A stretch of DNA of 43,982 nucleotides from Tubiluchus corallicola. Taxonomy: Eukaryota > Animalia > Priapulida. The translations under genes and the position numbers were made by a program. Position 1 is the stretch's first letter. Every line of letters starts with the position of its first letter. Of this stretch, positions 36,316 to 43,982 are shown in pieces. The notes below the pieces were generated by a model. It was given only the letters and a program-made list of their open reading frames with translations. It had not been told where the DNA came from and did no database searches. The stretch covers positions 1 through 43,982 of the forward strand of contig JAQGDQ010001374.1 of the NCBI GenBank assembly GCA_030141605.1, given 5' to 3'.

Positions 36316-38677
36316 TATTTATTGTTATAAATATTGTTATTTAATTATTTATGGTTATCAGTATAATATAAAGCCCAGTATAGATTGTTTTGTGGTATAT
36401 TAGTAGCTCCCCTCTATTACTTACATGGTTCTTGTTAATTGCTTGTATTTGAATAGCACTTATCTCTGAAGTAGTGGGTCACTGCATGTGATGTAGTAAC
36501 TTTCATGAAAGAATTGTTGTGCTTATATAAAAGCAGCCAACATAACTGCTTGTGGTGTATTATAAATACGCACTTTAGACGAAAGGACACGTGTTTTACG
36601 GGGGAATAAAAAATTTTAACACTGGCAGCCTAAAATCTGGCACCCTCAGAATTTGATGCTGTCGGCTACAGCTGTTAGCCTTTTGGTAGATACGCCCCTT
36701 CAAACAAGTATAACTCTTTAAGGTGTTGGCAGGTTAGCTGGGTAGTGCCTCATGCAAACAGCAGATGGTAAGAGTTTAATTATGAAATTGGCTTCAGTCG
36801 AAGCTTGCTAGCCTGGTTGCCTGACTGATATGATACCTATTTTAACTCATAGATAGAAAATCATTATTAGAATTCTATTTTAGAGTTATTGAACATTTAA
36901 ATGATTTCTGTTATTCTAAGGATATTCAACAGGCTCTTGCATCAACCTCGTTTAAAATTTTCAAGCTGGAAAATATTTAGCTGAAAACTACTGGGTCATG
37001 CTATATTTACTTCCTGTCTATAAACGTGGGGCAAATCAGGAATTCAGTTGTTCACAGCACTTAAAATGATTCTACTGCTTAGCATTTACGGAAGTGAATC
37101 TTGTATGTTGGTATCGGACATTTTGTTTTTCATTTTTGCCTAATTTTTTTATTGCAATGAGTTTGTTGTCAAAACAATTTGAGGACAAGTTGATTATTTT
37201 TTATGAATTATTTAACATTTTTAAATTTTTGCATTGGAACATTTTTCCCTTAGGCTACGTTTAATGAATTTATTGTTGGCTGCATTCAAATGTATATTAG
37301 TTCTTTCTGAAATGCATTTTTGTGTTGATTGTTACTTTAAATTTCTTATTTTTTATTTTTGCATTGTAAGTTTTCTTAATTTTAATCAGTTTGTTGTTAA
37401 TAGTTCTCGATTTTTCAACAATTTCAAGACCTCCAAGTGACTGATACAGAAAAGATTTTTAAATTAATAATTTTGGTTGCCATTTCGGATTTTGGAATTT
37501 TTCTCCAGGTATTAGAATATTTTCCATACTTTTTTACTTACGTAACTGTACATTTTTGCAAGGTAGCATTCTAGTTTATATGTATTTACAATTATAAAGT
37601 AAACAATTATAAACAAAGCCATAGCAAGAATTTGTGTAATTTTGGGGCAGAGCATGTCATACGTGTTCTCTTAAAGTACGGGAAAATTCTTTAAATTTCT
37701 AGCAAGAGCGATAACATGATATTTTGTTAAGAATCTTCTTTTCTAGTTACACAAGTCTTTCAGACAGGTAAGATTAATGCAAAGTCATAAACTTTGTGTG
37801 GAAAATTTAGTGACATAGTTTAAATTCCCTTTCTGTTGTGGTTAGTAAGTATTAATAATTTATGATCACTAATTCACTGATCATTTTCCTGGGTGTTAGA
37901 AGTTAAAACGTTGTAATAAATTGTTACCTAAGATATGGTTTTGTATTTGCAGCAAATGTGTAGTTATGATAAATTAACAAAAACATAGTACGTTATATGC
38001 AGATTTTACATTAGGTCTATGGGTAGATTTTCTATACGTATTAGTCATTCATACCTTTCGCCCACCCATATTTCAAATGCACGCGTTTTGTAAATTCCCA
38101 AACGTAATTTCTGCATACAATGAAAATTACTTATATCACAGTAAACTTGACCTTTTACGCATTTTGATGAATACTACACAAACAAAAATGCTTCTGGTAG
38201 ACAGCTAATGTCTATATTATGCTCAAAGCAAACATTTTGCATAAACAAACCTAATTTCAAAGTATTAACTTTTAAACACGTGATAACACCAGTGACTCAG
38301 GAAAAGCAATTTCAATTTAAAAGAAGGATACAGAACATTTTACCATCATTTGGAGAAATATTTAAAAGCAGCTCAGTACTGGCAGCATTCTTCGTTACTT
38401 TGTGGTGAAATTTGGATGAAAGTTTGTTGCATTATTACGAAAGATTCTATGCCAAGTGCTGCTAATTGTGAATTACTATTAGAACTATTATTGCTCGGTC
38501 TTAGTTACTTACAACAAACTAGACAATTCTTAGTGATCTATAAATCTGCTTTATTCAACACGACAAAACTGAAACTGTGAATTAATCTGAGCTTGGTTCA
38601 AGTTGAGAAACGTGGCTATACCATTTCAGAAGAGTCAACTTTTATTTTCATTGCTGTTCCAATTATTTGTGCCACAG

Positions 38678-39257
38678 ATGAAGTCGCCAATCAAAGTTGG
38701 ATTTTATCTGATGTCTCTGATCACGGTGTGTAGTGGATGGAGCACATGTGATGATCCGTCTTGGCAGTGCAGATGTGATTATTGGGAAGTTTTTGATTGC
38801 TTTTGGGGAAATTTATCCCTAACAGACGTACAGAATATTTCAAATACATTACCAAAAGATATCGACATGCTCACGATTTACAACTATTCAAACAGTGAAT
38901 TTCCAGACAAATTTTTGGCAGGAAAACAGATCGAGATTTTGTCCATAGAGTACTCCAAGCAGCTGAAACGCATCAATGAAACCAGTATAGCAGCTGACGT
39001 CAGGGAATTACACTTGTATAACCTCAATGCTTTAGAGACAATTGACTCAATGGCATTCCAAGCAATGACAAGACTGCATGTTCTCGATATTTGGGAATGC
39101 TACCAGCTGACATCGATTACTGGGCACTTGTCTTTTACACAAAGTCCAAATCTGATTCACATTTACATTGAACGGACATCCATGGAAATACTTAAGGAGC
39201 CAAAACTACACAGCAGCGTACTGAATAGCAGCAATTTTGTACGGATTAACTTTTGGG
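38678..39257 (+). CDS. Cell-surface leucine-rich-repeat protein, coding exon 1 (signal peptide, LRRNT, about 4-5 LRRs)
   Basis: gccacag|ATG; MKSPIKVGFYLMSLITVCSG signal; C.....C.C......C cap; LRR-like units (VRELHLYNLNALETIDSMAFQAMTRLHVLDI); donor gtgagt at 39258. Confidence 0.85.
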
Positions 39258-39488
39258 GTGAGTTCAATTCAAATTTTTGACTAACAACTTTCAGCAGAGC
39301 ACGAAGCCAGTGTGGTCAATTGAATACATTTATGTGTCATAAGATTTAATGAAAACAGTGTCCTTATAATAGGTGAGCAAGTTTGTCTTACGTGATGCTT
39401 TAGGTAAAAGTTCTTTCACTATTCTTATAAGTTTTGTATTTTAATCGTTGTTTTGCTGTTGTTGTTATCGTTGTTGCCATTTTTATAG

Positions 39489-39862
39489 ATAATAATTTCA
39501 CATGCGACTGTGACATCAGTTGGGTTTTCAACAAACCGTGGAAACTAGTAAGAGATTTTCAATGCCGACAATCAGAAAATGGAAATTACAAAACAGCTAC
39601 AAAAGCAGACTTTGACTATTGTTACGATGCAACAAACCAAACCACTGAGTCGTCTACAGAGGACTCAACCACTGAGCCGTCTAAAGAGAACTCAACCACT
39701 GAGTCGTCTACAGAGAGCTCAACCACTGAACCGTCTACAACGAGCTCAATCACTACAGTATTAGCTAGCTCTTCGAGTGAGCTGTATAGCACACAATGTA
39801 AACTGACTGAAGTCTTTGCATTAGTATTCTTAGTTTTGGCAAGTCACCTTTTTTACCTGTAA
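39489..39862 (+). CDS. LRR protein, coding exon 2 (LRRCT, Thr/Ser/Glu stalk, hydrophobic GPI-like tail); full protein 317 aa
   Basis: Acceptor tttttatag; NNFTCDCDISW LRRCT motif; four 9-aa TTE(S/P)S repeats; ends VFALVFLVLASHLFYL*. Confidence 0.85.
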
Positions 39863-41052
39863 AAATGCCACCAATACAGCTATTCTCAGTAAAAAGACAT
39901 TAGCACCGCCATAGTCATTCAGCAAAAGCGCTGCGTGGTTAAAAAATAGTCACGTTAGAAAGTGATAGTTACGATAAGATATGAATCAATATCATAAATT
40001 TAAAGTAATAATTTAGCCTCATCATAACATAGTGAAAGATTCATCCCAGACTGTAAAAGTTCTGACAGTCTTTCCTGCATGTGATTTATTCCTTTTTAAA
40101 CAAACAAAGTGGTTCATTTTGAGAGGGGAGATTTTCTGTGTTAAAAAGTCTTGAAGTTGAAAAAGGAAGTTAATTTTTGAAAGTCAACAAAATCCAAACT
40201 ACCAAAAAACTGAGGGAAACCATCATAATTGTTATTAGTGTTCTTTTATGCACTGACCAGTGGCCAAGTATAAGTGCCAGTAACTATATTGCTAAGTGTG
40301 TTGCTATAGATAAGAATAGGTAGAAAAACAATTACACTAGTCAGAGATGTAAGTCTTTGCGAAGCAATAAGATGGATCATGTCAGAGTTTAGAAAACGAA
40401 AAAGTTGAAGTTATGCTAAACTATTCGGGTTGGTGATTGTGTGTAAAGCAGATAGACGACCATTTTATACTATTAACATAATAATATGCCATAATAATAT
40501 AACATGATATACACATTCATTATGTGTGCACAATAGCCAGCATTGCTGTTAGAGGTTGCATTTGTCAGCAGTAATATTATATTGCCAATAAAATATAACT
40601 GAGAGAATGGTTTGTGTCAGCATTTTCCTCTCCAGATTTCCCAATGTTTGTCAGGATAAATTATTGTTACAATAAAATTAATATTTTATAATGTAAATAT
40701 AGCTTTTGTTTTTAATTTAACGAGGAGAGTTTGCACAGACTGTGTTTGTTTTAAAGTAAATATTTGCTTATATGTTAAAAGCAGTCAACTAGTAGACGTG
40801 TTTTAGCCACTAGCATGCAACTGCATATCACACTTAGCTAATCTAAATTTTATTAACGTGACAATCAATCATTCAATCAATCAATCAATTTATTTCACTC
40901 CAGCAATACATATACAATACATCAACATACAATATTATTGAAACAAAAAGAAACAGTATAGGTAAAAAACCCATTTATGAAGTCAAATTAACCAATAGAA
41001 AAGAGTTGCTGTATGACACCTTGAAAGCTTGGCTTGTTAGGGTGGCGCAAAT

Positions 41053-41490
41053 GAGTGAATGAAAGAATGGTTAGGGTTAGTAGACATGATGGAATGGAAG
41101 AAAATACTAAGATTAGAGATAGGAAAAAGGAAGGGAGGGAAGGATGAGTGAATGAAAGAATGGTTAGGATTAGTAGACATGATGGAATGGAAGAAAATAG
41201 TAAGATTAGAGATAGGAAAAAAGAAGGGAGGGGAGGATGAGTGAATGAAAGAACGGTTAAGATTAGTAGACATGATGGAATGGAAGAAAATAGTAAGATT
41301 AGAGATAGGAAGAAGGAATGGAAGATGAGTGAATGAAAGAATGGTTAGGGTTAGTAGCTATGATGGAATGGAAAAAATAGCAACATTAGGGATAGGAAGA
41401 AGGAAGGGAGGGAAGGATGAGTGAATGAAAGAACGGTTAAGGTTAGTAAACATGATGGAATGGAAAAAATAGTAAGATTAGAGATATGAG
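41053..41490. repeat. About 93-bp purine-rich tandem repeat x5, next to a minus-strand retroposon-like tail (40863-40900)
   Basis: GAGTGAATGAAAGAA(T/C)GGTTA recurs every 88-93 bp; (TCAA)n followed by TTTATT lies to its left. Confidence 0.85.
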
Positions 41491-42567
41491 GTGAGTAAAC
41501 GACAGTAGTGTATGTTTAAACTACATAAAGCTATATCAAAATAGCATATTATAAATAATTATATACTATTTTCATGCATTTCATGAGTAGCAACTTGAAC
41601 ATAAAACAAAACTTACATGTATGTTGGTAGTTAAAATCATAATAATAAGCTTAGAGAAGGTTAAACTGTTAAAAGGTTATGTAAACGAGTTTTATTTTAC
41701 TGTTATTAAAGCCAGGAATATGATTCTTAGGCATCAAGTATAGTTCACTATATATATATTCATATATCACACATAAATACATATAAAGGTTATGTAAGTG
41801 AGTTTTATTTTGCTGTTATTAAAGCCAGATATATGATTCTTAGGCAGACAGTATAACACACTATATATATATATATATATATGTATTCATATATCACACA
41901 TAAATACATATAAAAAGCTTAAAGACTTGAGTTCACGGTCATTAAATATTTGTATGGTGTTTATCGATCGAGTTCATGAAAATGATAAGTTGCTTTAACT
42001 TTTGAACCGATGAATAACTTAAATAGCAAACGCTTGTAATGATGATTACGGGTTCAAAAGTTGCCAAGAAAAGAACAATTCTCTGAACGTCTACTCCTAA
42101 AACACGTGAAATGCAGAATTATTTATTTAACTAGCAAAGGTCTCGCAAAAAATTTTGCATAAAAATCCACTTATAATCAACAATGCGCGAACATTCTACC
42201 TAGTGCTCGTTTATTTAACAAGCCAGTAGCAGCTTTTACTGAATTAAAGTTATAGGCAGAGTATAATGGATGACGTCACAACAATGGCTTTGCCTCACCA
42301 GTTTTCAAAGCGAAAATCTCCCGAAACGGAATCTCCAATCAACTCGTCACAGCTCCTCACAGTGGAGGTTTCCTAAAATGCTGCTCACATCATCGTATAG
42401 CTCTGTTCTTCCTCTTTCTAAAAAGCTATATATCTCCTTCTACAGGCTGTTTGACCAAATTTCGAAAAAATCGGGAGTTGAGTTCAGGAAAAACGCACGT
42501 TACAGGATGTTGTGGTCATCCCGCGGATTCTAAACATACCACCGAAATTAATATATACGCACCCACT

Positions 42568-42677
42568 TCATAGCAAAAATGGACGCACATTGTAGCTGTC
42601 ATTGGTGTCAGTCTCATTACAGTAGAATTCGGAAATTCCTGGACGAGTTTGAAGCAGCCGGATTGAAGTTGCCCCTC
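42568..42677 (-). pseudogene. Possible orphan WSC-domain-like exon fragment (EGQLQSGCFKLVQEFPNSTVMRLTPMTATMCVHFCYE)
   Basis: GCF...MT...C..FC spacing resembles the N-terminal half of a WSC domain; acceptor tttgtaccag; no convincing flanking exons. Confidence 0.3.
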
Positions 42678-43085
42678 CTGGTACAAACACTTGCACAAAA
42701 AATAATTATTTATTATGCGTCATCAAAACTATTATTTAAAATGTCAATATTTATAACTTCCTTCTTTTTCTTGTACGTAGCGCGTTCAACTTCACTAACA
42801 AAATATGGTCGTCTTAACTCCTTCTGGACAGCACCACTTGAAATATGTCTTGTAAGACCAAGAACTTTCCTGCTGCTGTATGAGCACAGACATAACTAAA
42901 TGATTACAAATTTGGTACTGTTCCATTGTGCAGAACTTTGGCTATCCAATCATGCTACTTGTTTAAACATTTGTAAGTGATTTAATTGGAGAAAATTAAG
43001 AAAAATACGTCCTTTTCAGGCCCTACAATGTAGCCAATCGAGTAGCTTAGTCTGGTGTACACTTGCATGATCATGTGACTTACAT

Positions 43086-43497
43086 TGTCTGCCGCATCAG
43101 TTCGGTAACTTCGGTTGTTTTACATGAACTTTGCTTAATTATGCATTACTCTGTGAGTAGAGTGTTTTACTAGCAGAATCTTGCTTGAGAACAACGTAAA
43201 ACAAAGACGTCTGCCGCATCAGTTCGGTAACTCCTACTGTTTTACATGAACTTTACTTAATTATGCATTAGTCTCTGCTACTACTACTACTGTTACTGCG
43301 GAGTGATACTAGCAGGATCTTGCTTGAAAAAAAGAAAAAATGAACTAGGTAAATTTCTAGCTAACTTTTAAAACTGTTACTATTACAATAGCATGGGCTG
43401 TGAGGCATTGTCAAGTATACACAAATGCGTTGTCTGGTACACTTAACCTTTGACCTTTCCACAAATCATAATCAGTCGCTGGAACTGTGAAAAGGCA
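43086..43497. repeat. Diverged duplicate of 32896..33395 (two 122-bp units plus flank)
   Basis: Shared GTCTGCCGCATCAGTTC, CTAGCAG.ATCTTGCTTG, TTGTCAAGT.TACACAAATGCG and GGAAC.GTGAAAAGGC. Confidence 0.9.
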
Positions 43498-43670
43498 TCA
43501 AAATGAATCCTTTTCTTCGAAGTTAAAATTTAGAACAAATCGTGACCTAGAAACGAAGGTCAAACGTCCAGAAATATGAAACATCTGCTGCTTTCAAACA
43601 CCTACCCTTCATCCCTGAATTTCTGCATAATTTCAGGGAAAAACCATCTTCATCTTTTCATCTTTTGCAG

Positions 43671-43982
43671 TGGAGAATTGCTTGTGCTGTAGATGGAGAA
43701 TGGCTTGTGCTGTAGGTGGAGAATTGCTTGTGGTGTAGATGAAGAATGGCTTATGCTGTAGTTGGAGAATGGCTTATGCTGTAGATGAAGAATGGCTTAT
43801 GCTGTAGTTGGAGTATGGCTTATGCTGTTTGTGGAGAATGGCTTATACTGTAGTTGGAGTATGGCTTATGCTGTTTGTGGAGAATGGCTTATGCTGTTTG
43901 TGGAGAATGGCTTATGCTGTTTGTGGAGAATGGCTTATGCTGTTAGTCGGGAATGGCTTATGCTGTAGATGGAGAATTGCTT
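43671..43982. repeat. 23-bp GGAGAATGGCTTATGCTGT minisatellite, array 2 (runs off the window)
   Basis: Same unit as 33890..34842. Confidence 0.95.

Noticed and set aside
35998-38580. Twin MEKYLKAAQYWQ ORFs as a small gene family
   Set aside because: Non-ATG starts inside a recent non-coding duplication; the copies differ by a frameshift near the end.
41053-41490. Interstitial telomere (TTAGGGTTAG)
   Set aside because: Only 1.5 units inside some 93-bp monomers.

Overview
This is eukaryotic (invertebrate animal) genomic DNA, not prokaryotic. It is AT-rich, has GT-AG spliced genes and is dense in satellites, MITEs and LINE remnants. Most long ORFs in the supplied track are artefacts of tandem repeats. 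Minus strand: (1) 5' exons of a proline-rich FYB/ADAP-like adaptor gene that runs off the left edge; (2) a tight cluster of a 56-aa single-TM small ORF, a 3-exon secreted DUF4787-like protein and an intronless PEX16. Splice signals join the small ORF to the DUF4787 exons, and only 137 nt with no poly(A) signal separate the DUF4787 stop from the PEX16 ATG. This points to a candidate tricistronic, operon-like transcript and is the top finding. Plus strand, head-to-head with that cluster: (3) 5' exons of a signal-peptide-bearing PGGHG/ATHL1 (GH65) gene; (4) a 2-exon LRR protein with VLR-like architecture (signal peptide, LRRNT, LRRs, LRRCT, Thr/Ser stalk, GPI-like tail), probably nested in a PGGHG intron. 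The LRR gene is preceded by a duplicated upstream block that contains a 5'-truncated 5S rRNA copy. All gene models were assembled by eye from splice signals, reading-frame phase and remembered family motifs; no database searches were run.
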